Assembly: GCF_006345805.1 (NCBI RefSeq)
Contig: NW_021835931.1
Span: 1 to 37,260, forward strand
From: Octopus sinensis
Lineage: Eukaryota
Reading direction: 5' to 3'
Length of the DNA stretch: 37,260 bases
The stretch's first letter is position 1. The number at the start of each line of letters is the position of its first letter. Shown here one piece after another: positions 20,929 to 33,904 of the stretch. A model generated the notes under the pieces. The model made no database searches and had not been told where the DNA came from. It saw nothing but the letters and a program-made list of their open reading frames with translations. The translations under genes were made by a program, and so were the position numbers.

Positions 20929-23900
20929 CCTCTAGTTATTTCTGAAATGCTCTTTTATTATCCTCTCCTTTTACATCAAGTGCCTTTAAGTTCTCCTTTT
21001 CTCTTTCAGCTTCCCCCTTCTTTATTCTATTACTCTCTCCCACTCGTGCTCCCTCTTACTATCCTATCTTTATATATTTTCCTTTCACCAGCTTTCAACC
21101 ATTTCTTTCTGTTTCCGTTTCTCTCTCGTTTCATATCCCCCCCCCCCCCCCGTCTCTATCTTTGACTATCTAATTGACTCTACGTACTTCCAGTACACAT
21201 GTTTGTATATATATCTATCTACCCATCTACCTTTTTTATCTTTAAATATCTCTCTTTATTTCTTTATATCCTAGTATTGGTATATTAGCCTTTTTTCTCT
21301 CGCCTCTCTATCTCTCTATTTTCTCTCTTCTGTCCTTTATATCTTTCTCCATTTCTCTCAATCAGACAACTATACAACTTCCGGTTTCTCTCTAATGGCC
21401 TTTTTCACCCCTTTTCCCTTATTCTCTTGCTGCATTCATTCTTTTCCTTCCCCCATTACCTCTCTCTCGCGCTCTCTTTCCCTCTCTATCCATTTTCTCT
21501 CTTTGTGTTGCTTTTATCTTTTCTTCTCGTTAATTTCTTTGTCTTTATTCTTTTTAACTTTTTTCTCTTCACTTCTTTGACTCGTTTTCCTCTTTATCCC
21601 TCACATCCCCCTCTCTCTATATTCCATCTCTTTCTTTTGTTATTTGCTAGCCTTTCATCTTTTCCCTTCACTCCCGGACTTCTCTTCCACTTTCCTCCAA
21701 ATCCAAATTCTTCATTTACATCTCACGTCCTGCAATTTTCATCTGTTTCTTATCTAATTTTCCTCTCCCTCACCATTCGGTATATCATTATATCCCCTCT
21801 TTAGTATATCTATTTTTTCCCTGATCATTTTCTCTCGGCCCCTTCCTCTCCCCTCCTCCTTTCTATTATAATCTATGTCCCTTTGTCTTTCCGTTTCTAT
21901 TTCGGGCTATGTTCCTTTATTTTTCTTCTTTTTCTTCTTTCCCTTTCTATTTTAAACTATATTCCTTTCTTCTCCTCTCCCCTATCTATTCTGGGTCTAT
22001 ATTCCTTTCTTCTCCTCTCCCTTTTCTATTCAGTCTATGTTCTCTTCTCTCCCTCTGTTTTCCTTTTCTCCTTTCTTTTCATCTTCCCCTTACTTCTTTG
22101 TTCCTTTCTCTTTCTCCTTTCTTTTTCAATATGGACTCCTCTTTTCCTCTAATTTCCATTCTCTTTCACTGATCAATTATTCTATGCTATTTCCTTTTTT
22201 CCCCTTTTCATCACATCATCCCAACTCTTTTTGAATCATATCTTCTCTTCCCTTCCTTTCTCATGTTGTCTTTAATCCTATTTTCGTCTCTCTTTATGCC
22301 TTTCTTTCTCTCTGTCTTCTTAATCCTTTATTCCATCCTTCTTTCTCCCTTTCAATAGTTTTCATCTCTAGTTTGCTCTCATCTTTCTTCTCTGCTATTA
22401 GTTCCTTTCTATCTTCCACTCTCCGCAAATCTCTCTCTTCTCTCCCTCTCTCTTCTCTCCCTCTCTCTTCTCTCCCTCTCTCTCTTCTCTCCCTCTCTCT
22501 TCTCTCTCCTCTCTCTCTCTCACGAATCCTCTATTCTAATACAAATTCTGTTATTCCATCTCTCTAATTCCTCTCTCCGTTTCCTCCTTTTTTTCTTCTC
22601 TCCTCTTAATCAGTTATTCTCTCCACCACCACCACCACCACCACCTCCGCCTGTCACTCGGCCTTTATCCCACTTTCTAACTTCCCCTCTCCCCTTTCAT
22701 TAGTCGTCTGCTTCTCCTCTTTCGCTCTTGTCTCTCTCCCTTTCTAATTCTCCCCCATTCTCTTATCTAATAATTCTAAGGTTTCTTCCCTCTTTTCAGT
22801 CTTTATCTTTCATCTCTTCCCCCTCCAATTTTTTCCTTTTTTTCTCTTCATTTCTACATCTCAAGTTTCCTCTTCCTTTCACCCATTCCTATAATATTCT
22901 ATACAACCCCCTTCTCCGTAATCATTTTTTAATCGTTTCTCTGTCATTCTCTCTCACTCCCCTCTCTCTCTTTGTCCTTTCTTTTCTCTATCCCTGTCTC
23001 CTAATACCGTTTTAACTCCTTAATCATTTCCCCCCCCCTTCCTTCTATATCCATTTTGCCTCCCACTTCTCTAATTTCTACCCCCCCACTTTTTTTCTCC
23101 CACAGACACATCCATCCCCCTTCTCTTTATCTCATTTATTGTAAACGTCTCTTTTCCTTTCTTTTTCTTACTCTATCTTTCCCTCACATTATTAGCAAAT
23201 GTCTCTCCTACCCCACCTCTAATTTCACTCCCTTCCTTTCATTCACCACTTACTTTATTTCTCAACAATTCCTCCTCTCTTTTTCTTAATAAACCTTCTC
23301 CGTACCCAAATTATCCCCCCCTTTTCCCTCTCTCTCTTTCTCTGCTCTTCTTTTATTCCCTCCCTCTCTTTCACTTCTAATTTCACTCCCTTCCTTTCAT
23401 TCACCACTTACTTCCTTTCTCAACAATTCCCCTTTCTCTTTCTCTTTCTCTTCATACTCAACTCTCTCCCTCTCTCTCCCTCACACTCTCATATCGATCT
23501 TTTACTCTGTCTCGAACACATTTCTCTGTTCCCCTTTCAATTTTCACATAGCTTCCTTACTACATCTCCAACATCTAATATTTCTTATTCACCTACTCTC
23601 TTTCTTTCTCTTCTATAGTCACACATGTCCCCTTCCTCTCTCTCTCTCTCTCAATTTCCATCAATCTTCCTAACATTTCTTTCTCTAAAACCTCTGTTTT
23701 AGTCCATTTTACTCATCTATCACTATCCTCTCTATCTGTTTTGTATCCTGCCTGGTTTTTCTTTATCGTCTCTCTCACACTCTCTTCCTCTCTCTCTCTC
23801 TGACACATGTTTCTGTCAATTCACATCCCACCCCTCTCTCTTTATCACTTGCTTTCCTCTTTCTTTCTCTCTCTCCCTCTCTCTGATTCTTTATCCCACG

Positions 23901-24370
23901 TTCTTTTCTTTCTCTCTCTCCTCCTCACAAGTTTCTGTCAATTCACTTCCCCTTTCCCCTCCCCCTCTCTTTGTATCACTCGTTCTCGTTTTCCTTCTTC
24001 CTCTTTCCCCCCTCGCTTTACAATTTCTTTCTAGTGTATCCCCCCTGCTACGTCTCCGTCTCCTCTTACTCACAACCCTCTCTAGCTTCTTTCATTCTAT
24101 CTTTCTTCCTCATTCCCCCACTCCTTTTATTCTACCATATATTTGCTCAACACTATCTGTTTCCTCTTCCCCTACTTCTCCTCATGATCTCACTTCTAAA
24201 TAACACCTCTCTGTCTCTCTATGTATCTCCCTCCCTCTCTCTGTCTATGTATCTATATGTATCTCTCTATATATATATATGTATATGCGTGTGTATATTT
24301 ATATATATAGGCGCGTATGTGTGTATATATATATACGTATTACTATCACAACTGTCAAATCATCCTTTAC
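17380..24370 (+). repeat. ~7-kb polypyrimidine (CT-rich) low-complexity domain with (TCTA)n, (CT)n and (TG)n islands
   Basis: G is nearly absent on + over most of the span; (TCTA)n at about 17755, 18445 and 20765; a purine island at about 19345-19520. Confidence 0.9.
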
Positions 24371-24399
24371 TTTCTTGTAAATATTAACCTTCGACACCA

Positions 24400-25507
24400 C
24401 CGACGACGCTACTGCAACTAAAACCACCACCACCACCATCATGGCCGATTCTTTTTTTCCCCTTCTATATTTTCCTCCGTTAACGTCACCATCGCCATCA
24501 TTTCTTCTTGCCACATCACCACTCACATATACACTCACACACGTCACATACTAACCATCACCGCATACACACACACACACGCACACACGCGCGCGCGCGC
24601 ATATATACACACACTAAAACACTAACATTACCACCACCACCCTTATCACTACATACCGCTCCCACCGCCACTACCACTACCACCTCTACTGATACTAACC
24701 CCCATCGACAATACTGTATACGCCGCCGTCTCCGCCATCATCATCATCATTACCACCACCACCACCATTGTCATTACCATAAATATTACTACAACTATCG
24801 CTACTATCACCACCACCACCACCACCAGCAGCAGCAGCATCACCATCATTGCCGTCGTCACCACTATCTCTACTCCCATGACCGCTTACACCACTACCAC
24901 CACCACCATCACCACCGTCCTCTCTTTCTCTCTGCATCTGTCTTTCTGTTGCTCTCTTTCTCCTCTCTACTCAATTTGCAAATGGATACTGATGAATGAG
25001 TGATACAAGGAAGTGGGAGAGAGAGAGGGGGAGAGAGAGAACAAGAAAAGGGTAAATGAGAGAGGGAGGGAGTAAATGAAAACGTGAGTGAGAAGAGAGT
25101 AAGAGAAACAGAGACAGACACAGAGAGTGAAAGAGATAACAAGGAAGGGTGAGAGAGAGAAGGAGGAGGAGAACAAGAGAAAGTGGATGGATGAGAGAGA
25201 GAGGGAGGTAGTAAACAAGAAAGCGAGCAAGTGAAAACAGAGTAAGAGAAAGAAAGAGAGAGAGAGACAGAGAAAGAGAGGGAAAGAGACTTAACTTTTT
25301 TCTGTTTAATCGATTTTCAGTCGTAACATTCTTTTTAAAATTAAAGTTGGACAGCAGAACCACAACAACGACGACGATAATGACGATAATAATATGAAGA
25401 TGACGAAGGCGGAGATGATGGAGTCGATGGTTATAGCGATCGCGGTGGGGGGGGGGGTGGGAGATGAAAATTATCACGACGAGACGACGACGATGACTAT
25501 GATGGCT

Positions 25508-25538
<31 letters not shown>

Positions 25539-25800
25539 CAGCGACGATAATAATGAATGAAAACGACAGTGATGATGATAATAATGACAATCATGATGAT
25601 AACGACGTCGATCATGATGACGATGATGATGATGTTGCTAATGATGACGACGATAAAAGATAAAGAAAAAGGGGGAAATCAAAAAAGAAAAAACTATGAG
25701 AAATGAAAGGTGGATGAATGGAGAGGGAAGAAGGGTGGGTAGATAAGAGATTCCAACAATAAAAACAACAACAACAACAACTAAACAAAAGGGAATGGCG
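24400..25800. repeat. (CAC/CAT)n, GA-rich and (GAT/GAC)n low-complexity tracts
   Basis: Seen directly. Confidence 0.9.
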
Positions 25801-26039
25801 AAATGAGACAATTCGTCTGTCCATTTTTCTTTATTGATTGATTGTCCATCATTGAAATGGGTTTAAGTTTATTTAAATTGAAGAGAAATTCTTCGACTTG
25901 TATTTATCAATACATCTCCTCCTTTTTATTCTTCATCCAATCGCCCCTTCGCTCAAAATTTCTGTCTTCCTCCTTTTATAGTTCTCTTCGCAACACGTTC
26001 TAATTCGAGTCCCACCTTGCTATTATTTAACTCCATCTC

Positions 26040-26843
26040 ACTGTGACTGTCACTAGGCGGGTGTGCCCGCGCACGCGTTTCCATGTGAAACTATGTGTCT
26101 GTATGTTAGACGTAACTCTGTATGTGTGTCATAATACGATGAGTGTCTCTGTGTGTGTAACTGTGCGTGTCTGTGTGTTTGCGAAACTATGTACGTGCGT
26201 GCGTTTCTGAAACTGTGTGCGTGCGTATGTGTTTGTGAAACTGTGTCTGATGTGACACAGTGTGCGTGTATGTGTAACTGTGTGCGAAATTGTTTGGAGA
26301 TAACGTGTGTAACACGGTGTGTCAGCGTGCGTGTGAGCGTTATTATATTCGTGTGGAGTGAATGTGTATGTCAGCGCACTAAATGCGCGTGGGGTGAATA
26401 CAAGAATGTAGGATTGTGTGTGTGTGTGTGTGTGTGTGAAATTATGTGTGCCTCAGTAATAATGTGTAAAAACAAGGTATAGAGGTATATGTGTGCCCTG
26501 TGTCAGACTATGTGTAGGGTGAATGTGGAAATGCGTGAGGTGTGTGCGTGTGCGTGTGAATGTATGCGGAAATGAATGTAGAAATGTGTGCATGTATGAA
26601 AGTTTGTGTGTATATGCATGTGTGACAAGGTATGTGTCAGCTTATGTCAATGTAATGCGTGTGTGTGTGTGTGTGACAGTGTGCCGTTGTAGTTGTGTAT
26701 GTATACGTCATTGTGTGTTGTGTGTGTGAGAGTGTGTGTACCATTGCGGTTGTGTATATATGAGCGTCGCTGTGTGTGGGTGAATGTGTAAGTCTATGTG
26801 CCATTGCGGTTGGATACACACAAACACACAGATATGTGTGTGT

Positions 26844-26899
<56 letters not shown>

Positions 26900-27170
26900 G
26901 CGTGTGTCAAACAGAGTGTATACGTGGGTGACACTATGCGTGGGAATGAAAGCATAAGTATGTGTCATTGTGCTTAGGCAGATTGTATGCGTCATTTTGT
27001 GAGTGGAACTTTGAGCAGGCTTGTGTGACAGAGTGTGTGTCAACTTATGTGTGCCTGAGGCTGATGAAGAAGAGTGTCATTACAATTATATATATGCTTC
27101 TGTCTCATTCTGTGCCCGTATGTAACCGCGCGCGCGCACATGTTTGAAACTGTATGTGCGTAGATACGTA
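26040..27170. repeat. Degenerate TG-rich low-complexity sequence
   Basis: Seen directly. Confidence 0.85.
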
Positions 27171-27177
27171 TGAGGTG

Positions 27178-27345
27178 CAAGCGTGGTGGTGTGGTAAAAA
27201 GTTTGCTTTCAACCACATGGTTTCGGGTTCAGTTCCACTGCGCGGCACGTTGGATAAGTGTCTTCTACCATAGTTTCGAGCCGACAAAAGCTTTGAGAGT
27301 AGATTTGGTAGACGGAAACTGAAGGGAGCCCGTCACACACACATG
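27178..27345 (+). mobile_element. SINE family A 5' half
   Basis: gtggtggtgtggtaaaaagtttgc..gggttcagttccactgcgcggcac..ggtagacggaaactgaaggg. Confidence 0.8.
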
Positions 27346-27424
27346 TACACACAAACACACACACACACACATAGACATACACACACACACACACATATGT
27401 ATGTGTGTGTAGCATAGTAGTAAA

Positions 27425-27726
27425 GGCGCATGGCTAAGTGGTTAAGGTATTCGGCTCATGATCGTAAGACCGTGAGTTCGAATTCTGGGAGCGTGTTGTG
27501 TCCTTGAGCAAGACACTTTATTTCACGCCGTTTCAGTCCACTCAGCTAGCAAAAAAAAAAAAAAAAGAGTTGTACCTGTATTTCAAAGAGCCAGCCTTGT
27601 CACATTCTGTGATAGGCTACGCGTATCTGTGGAGTGCTCAGCCACTTTGCACGTTAATTTGGCGAGCTGGCTATTCTGTTGATCGGATCAACTGGAACAC
27701 TCGTCGTCGTAACCGACGGAGTGCCA
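27425..27726 (+). mobile_element. tRNA-derived SINE, family E
   Basis: ggcgcatggctaagtggttaagg (A-box), gagttcgaattc (B-box), ccttgagcaagacac (CORE-like), ends gtcgtcgtaaccgacggagtgcc. Confidence 0.85.
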
Positions 27727-27994
27727 CTTAAACGCGCGCACACACACATACATACGTACATCTGTATGTATGTATGTATGTATGTATGTATGTATACACA
27801 CATACACACGCACGCATATATATATATATACACACACACACACATATATATATATGTGTGTGTGTGTATGTGTGTGTGTGTATGTGTGCATGTGTGTATG
27901 TGTGTGTATGTGTGCATGTGTGTATGTGTGTGTATGTGTATGCGCACACACGCACGCATATATATATATATATATTATATATATATATATATAT

Positions 27995-28125
27995 AACATA
28001 GCAGTTCGGCAAGAAAGACTGATAGAATAAGTACCAAGCTTTAAAAGTGGGTACTGGAAAAGACGAAAATTCATCAAGGTGGTGCTCCAGCATGACCGCA
28101 GTCTAATGACAGAAACAAATAGAAG
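27995..28125 (+). mobile_element. SINE family A 3' half
   Basis: tagcagttcggcaagaaagactgatagaataagtacc..ggtggtgctccagcatgaccgcagtc. Confidence 0.7.
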
Positions 28126-28149
28126 GTAATGAACATAATGGTGAGGGGG

Positions 28150-28286
28150 GGCGTGCTTGCGCGAGCGCGCCGCGCGTGTGTGACATGGTGTGCGCGATCG
28201 AATGTATGTCGATATTTTGTAACTGTGGAAAGACGCGCGTTGTGAGTGGGTGTGTCAGAGTATGCTATGTTCTGCATATATTAGGT

Positions 28287-28334
<48 letters not shown>

Positions 28335-29040
28335 TGTCACAGTGAAGATGAGTGCCGTGTGAAGTGTGTGTTATGACTGTGTGACACTTCGTACGTGTGC
28401 GTATGACAGTGTGTGCCACTGTGCACATATGAGCCTATTTCCTCGTGTATGTCGCTTCGTATGTGAAACTGTGTTTGTGTGTGCGAGATGCTACGCGTTC
28501 CGTGCAAAATGTGTGTATATGTCTCAGTAAGCGTAACCGTACATGGATGTACGTGCCACCATGTCTTTGTATGACAAACATGTGACTGTGGGGAAGTGTG
28601 TGTGTATATATGGATTTATAGTGTATGACTGCATTTATGTCCGTGTAATGCGTGTCGGGAGTGTTTCATTATGTATACATGTATGTATGTATGTATATGT
28701 ATGTATGTGTATGCATGTGTGTGTATCTATGCATGGATGTATGTGTGTATGTAAGTATGTATGTGTGTATGTATGCAAGTGTGTGTGTATACATTCATGC
28801 ATGTACGTTTGTGTGTATATGTGTATGCATGTATGAATGTGTGTGTATGTATGTATGTATGCTTGTATGTATGCATGCATACATGTTTGTGCATATATAT
28901 GCTTGTATGTACGCATGTGTATATAAATGCTCTTATGTGTATGTACTAACGTATGTGACTGTATGTATGTGTAATTGTCTGTGGATGTGACTATTCATGT
29001 GATTATATTTAAGTGTTGTTGTTATTGTTGTTGTTGTTGT
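28150..29040. repeat. Degenerate (TG)n/(TATG)n low-complexity tract
   Basis: Seen directly. Confidence 0.85.
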
Positions 29041-29258
29041 CGTTATTTGGTCACAAGTCACCCCCCCTATCTTCCATTTTTAGGGGTATCGTGTACTATA
29101 CTAATTGGTCTGATGTTTCCATTTTAAGACATTACGATTATGATTCGAAGAAAATTGGCTGCAGTTTCTAGCGAATCCAGCGACCACGTCTAGCCTATAT
29201 ATATATTTGAATGTATGTATGCTTAATTTAGTGTTTTGTAAGGTGGGTAATGTGTGAG

Positions 29259-29298
<40 letters not shown>

Positions 29299-29629
29299 TG
29301 TGTGTGTGTTATTTTGTGCATGAGAAAATATGTTTGAACCTTTCTAAGCGTGATTCGCTGTGTATATAAATCATACATGCGCACACTCTCACATAGACTA
29401 GACAATAGACATTGAACATGCGATGCACGTTAACCTTGTAAAACGTTCTTATTTGATAAGAACGGTAAACAATATTATACAAATCTGTCCAGCGTTCAGT
29501 TGCCGACATTTTGGAATATTTCAACTAAAGCATCCGGTCCATGGCGACAAAAACATTGAATATGAGATATATCTCTGATTTGTTAGGATCGCGTATCATA
29601 ATGTTAAGAGGATGTCCGGCATATTAAAA

Positions 29630-30284
29630 TATTTCAACAAAAATTTCGATTGATGGCGATGAAAGGACATTTGCGCTGAAAGGGTGCTTAAGACAAGCTC
29701 CTGGAAACAATATATTTATTTACTCAGAAATACAAAGATCATAGTCACGGTAACTTTTATCATGATGTGATACGTTCAAATATTTCCCAGATAATTTTAT
29801 AGTTTCTGATATTGTTATTTCTTAAAGACCATATGTATTTCGATGAAACTTGTGTCAAAAGATCTTTTAATTTCTAAAAACATGTTGCTGTTGATCGTAC
29901 CTTAACTTAAATTATTCTTAGTCAGCCCGATATAAACTTAAAGAACTGAATCACTAGCTATAAATACTTTAGTACAATAGCCTATCAATTTCGAAAGGCA
30001 TAAATGATATAATGGACAATTTCGGATTTTAAACAATTGCACACTCGGGTAGAATTGGTTGTAGATATGACATTTTATTATTATTTGTATTTGCTTTTAC
30101 TGTATCAAAGTTATGCTGTACAACTGAAAATTAATTTAGCATTATTCCTATTAAAAATACCGTATATGTTAAAGAAATATTTAACGATACGTGTACTCAT
30201 ATTAAAACTAAATGGATCGTTAAACTAAGTAATTTTACGTTTTATTTTCTCCGCGTTTGAGAATTATCATCATCATCATTATCA

Positions 30285-30323
<39 letters not shown>

Positions 30324-30388
30324 TATTATATTATTATTATTATTATTATTATTATCATATTATTATCATTATTATCATTATTATTATT

Positions 30389-30422
<34 letters not shown>

Positions 30423-31375
30423 TTAATTATGCAATTAATTTTATCTTTAAATCCGCTGCATTTCAAAGCTTTATTATAATAAGGAGTTGCTTTCTTTAAA
30501 AAAAGATATGTCGGATAAAATACTGAATAACCATATACTAACATTTTTTCCCAAAATTATTTATAATGACATGCGGGTGGTTTGAAGCGATATTTATATG
30601 CAGTAACTTTTTCTTTAGCTTCCTAAATAAGGAATATTTATTTGTTTGATAGCTAAGGTGACATTAAAAAAATTAAGTATGCGTAAATTTGCACCAGTAA
30701 TAATGTTTGGATGTAAGACCTTAAATAACTCAAAGAGATCTTTTCTGAAGGTTTCTGTTAAGCAGTCATACGTGCAATAATAAGCACACACTAAACTTAT
30801 ATAAGAAATCTAAAACATAAAGACCAATAAACTCACAAATTTCTACAGAGTCTAAGCTACCCATCGCTACATCAAAAGAATTCGCATCATTTCTTCTTTG
30901 CCTATAGATCGTTATCGAAAGAAAGCAATGATCTTCGTGCATGCATGAATATTTTGATACCAGAATCACTGATTGATGTATAAAACTTGACAAAAACTTG
31001 TCAAAAACGATTGCTTTTTGGAGCAAAGATTTAGTTACTGAAGGATAAAAATTCAATTATATCAAGCGGGGGTAAATATCTATAGATGTTTATTATTAAA
31101 ACTATTGAATCAATTAATAATAGAAATATCGCTATTCCATAATGGTAAATCAGTTGTTTGTTTAATTCTAAGAATAATATTGCCTGAGGTACTTTTGCAC
31201 ACTCTACTTAATTCGCTTTTGGCTGGATTTATTAACCTACGAGATAGATTACTAACAAAAATTCTGATGGTGGTTCTTAAATGTAATATAAGGTTTTTGC
31301 AAAGCTACACGTTCATTCCTGTCATTTGTTTCTAATTCGGTAGTTATTTCTTTAGCTTCTAAAATAATTGAATCC
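29630..31375 (-). mobile_element. Decayed Penelope-like retroelement (PLE): reverse transcriptase plus C-terminal GIY-YIG endonuclease
   Basis: Collinear minus-strand motifs across stops and frameshifts: LEAKEI..DR..PYITFKNH / RLINPAKSEL / FYPSV / FDVAMGSLDSVEICEFIGL / NFFNVTL / SNHP / YYNKALKCSG / FNDPFS / IFNRNNAKLIFSC / CNC..CPL..CL / IGLT / SKYIWSL..IIWEI / RHQSKFLL. Confidence 0.8.
30260..30428. repeat. (ATT/ATC)n and (AAT)n microsatellite inside the PLE linker
   Basis: Seen directly, between the RT thumb and the FNDPFS motif. Confidence 0.95.
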
Positions 31376-31464
31376 AGTGTAATAATACTTTATATGCTTT
31401 ATTTTGTTTCTTTGTGTGTGTATGTTCGTGGCATGCTTACGTGCGCTTGCATGTACTACTGTTT

Positions 31465-31505
31465 AGGATGGCTGGTTAGCAGAATCGTTAGCGCGTCGTA
31501 GTAAT
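31465..31505 (+). mobile_element. SINE family B head fragment abutting the CR1 tail
   Basis: gcagaatcgttagcgcg. Confidence 0.45.
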
Positions 31506-31511
31506 TGCATT

Positions 31512-31547
<36 letters not shown>

Positions 31548-31872
31548 ATTTTTGGCTCAAAAGCAAATAGCAAGGCCATGTAGGGGGACATGGAGTTAAG
31601 TACAGGGTGGTGTTCATGTAGAGAGTTCAGGCCACTTGAGGTCAAGGGAGACTTTGAACAAAGCGGTCGTCGGCATCTTCACCATCTCGTCTGGCAGCTT
31701 GTTCCACGGATCCGCAACCCGGACGGAGAAAGCTCCTCTCCTTCGATTGAGATGAAATCGTCGCAGGTAGAGCTTTTCGGAATGACCCTGCAGCCGACGC
31801 TCTGGAGCAGGAGTGAAGAACAGCTTTTTCAAGAGGTTACACTTTCCGCTTATGATTTACGTTTTAAGTTCA
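31512..31872 (-). mobile_element. 5'-truncated CR1/L2-type LINE 3' end (ORF2 C-terminus, 3'UTR stem-loop, (TAAC)n tail)
   Basis: ORF 31614-31832(-) QGHSEKLYLRRFHLNRRRGAFSVRVADPWNKLPDEMV..FKVSLD fits the CR1-group pattern RGH..KL...R.....R..FFS.RV...WN.LP..VV...FK..LD; CCATGT..ACATGG hairpin; (GTTA)n. Confidence 0.85.
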
Positions 31873-31874
31873 TA

Positions 31875-32288
31875 GGCGCAGGAGTGGCTGTGTGGTAAGT
31901 AGCTTGCTAACCAACCACATGGTTCCGGGTTCAGTCCTACTGCGTGGCATCTTGGGCAAGTGTCTTCTGCTATAGCCCCGGGCCGACCAAAGCCTTGTGA
32001 GTGGATTTGGTAGACGGAAACTGAAAGAAGCCTGTCGTATATATGTATATATATATGTATGTGTGTGTATGTGTTTGTGTGTCTGTGTTTGTCCCCCTAG
32101 CATTGCTTGACAACCGATGCTGGTGTGTTTACGTCCCCGTCACTTAGCGGTTCGGCAATAGAGACCGATAGAATAAGTACTGGGCTTACAAAGAATAAGT
32201 CCCGGGGTCGATTTGCTCGACTAAAAAAAAAGGCGGTGCTCCAGCATGGCCGCAGTCAAATGACTGAAACAAGTAAAAGAGAAAAAGA
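31875..32288 (+). mobile_element. SINE family A, full length, apparently young
   Basis: Near-identical to 6857-7288. Confidence 0.9.
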
Positions 32289-32844
32289 GAATGCCACCGA
32301 GATCAACTTTGCCTTTGCCTTTGCCCGGGCTTAATAAGATAAAGTACCAGTCAAGTACCGAAGGTGATGGTTATAAACAATAACCTCCTTATAACACTTT
32401 AGCGTGTCATTATTAATATCATACACGTTTCTGATTTTATCTGACTGGGCAAAAATATTCTTTGAATGTTGAGTTGTTTTAAAATTATTCTTTCGAACCT
32501 GCTGAAATCTGTTGTATATTTTTTTTAAATATCACTCTTCTAATTCAGTTGGAAAGCTAAATCAAAATGTTCCAATCGTTTGCATTAAGGTGGTCTTAAA
32601 ACCATCCTCGTGTGTAAGCAATTCGGAAAAATGTGCTTTTCAATGAATTCTCTGTATAAATCTGAATTCCTAAGCCTTCTGGATTAGCCATTTTATAGAC
32701 CTATTTTCCTTCTAAGGAATTGTTATTATTTTCTCTCGAGAAATCTAAGGGAAGTTGGTTCCATTCATAATTCAGTTGTGCCTGAAAATGGTTCAAAAAC
32801 TCAAAGTAATCACGATAATAATAATAAAAAAAGACTTAATACTG

Positions 32845-33075
32845 AAGTAAATGCTATATACTGATTTCAAATTTTTGGCACAAGGCCAGCAAATTTAGGG
32901 GAAAAGTTAAGTCGGTTACATCGACCCCAAAAGCTCAACCGCTACTATTTTATCGATTCCAAGAGGACGAAAGCAAAGTCAACCTCAGCGGAATTTGACC
33001 TCAGAACGTAAAAACGGATGAAATACTGGAAAGTATTTTGCCCGGCGTGGTAACGGTTCTGCCAGTTCGTCGCTT
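32845..33075 (-). mobile_element. SINE family B
   Basis: ..atcgacccc..ttttatcga..caaagtcaacctcagcggaatttgacctcagaacg..ttctgccagttcg. Confidence 0.8.
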
Positions 33076-33220
33076 CACAACCTGCGTCTCTGAGTCACGC
33101 GATTCACTCATCTTCAAGATATATAACAGAAATAACTAATAGTCATGCTTGAATTAGAATTTGTCGAGTGTGCTATACACGTTAACTACAGAAAATGCTT
33201 TGATTTGATGATAATTTTTT

Positions 33221-33392
33221 AGGAGTGGCTGTGTGGTAAGTAGCTTGCTTACCAACCACATGCTTCCGGGTTCAGTCCCACTGCGTGGCACCTTGGGCAA
33301 GTGTCTTCTACTATAGCCTCGGGCCGACCAAAGCCTTGTGAGCAGATTTGGTAGACGGAAACTGAAAGAAGCCCATCGTATATATATATGTA

Positions 33393-33436
<44 letters not shown>

Positions 33437-33616
33437 TCTCCCCAACAACCGACGCTGGTGTGTTTATGTCCCCGTAACTTAGCGGTTCGGCAAAAGAGAC
33501 CGATAGAATAAGTACTAGGCCTACAAAGAATAAGTCCTGGGGTAGATTTTCTCGACTAAAGGCGGTGCTCCAGCATGGCAATAGTCAAATGACTGAAACA
33601 AGTAAAAGAGTAAAAG
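33221..33616 (+). mobile_element. SINE family A, near full length
   Basis: ggagtggctgtgtggtaagtagcttgc..gactgaaacaagtaaaagagtaaaaga. Confidence 0.9.
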
Positions 33617-33769
33617 ATTGTCCGATGTTTAAGCATTTTGAAATATTTTGGCAAAAATTCCAAATTATGACAAAAAACTTTGAACGTGAGATGCTCGATA
33701 AAAAAATGTGTTGTCGGTGTTTATGTGTATGTGTAGCAAAATGTATGCCTACATGTATGTATGTATGTA

Positions 33770-33805
<36 letters not shown>

Positions 33806-33904
33806 TGTATGTATGTATTTAGGTGTGTGTTTATGTGTGTACGCGCATCTGTGTGTGTGCCCTGGGTATGACTTTAAACTACATTCGGTTGTAGAGTTTA
33901 AAGT

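Noticed and set aside
29400-29640. Hammerhead ribozyme or pseudo-LTR at the PLE 3' end
   Set aside because: Only a small hairpin (gttcttat-caa-ataagaac, reading on -) was found; no CUGANGA/GAAA core was readable.
31512-31546. Telomere-like repeat
   Set aside because: (GTTA)n is the CR1 tail, not TTAGGG.
32400-32840. AT-rich stretch that may be a decayed coding TE
   Set aside because: Hand translation gave no recognisable motif.
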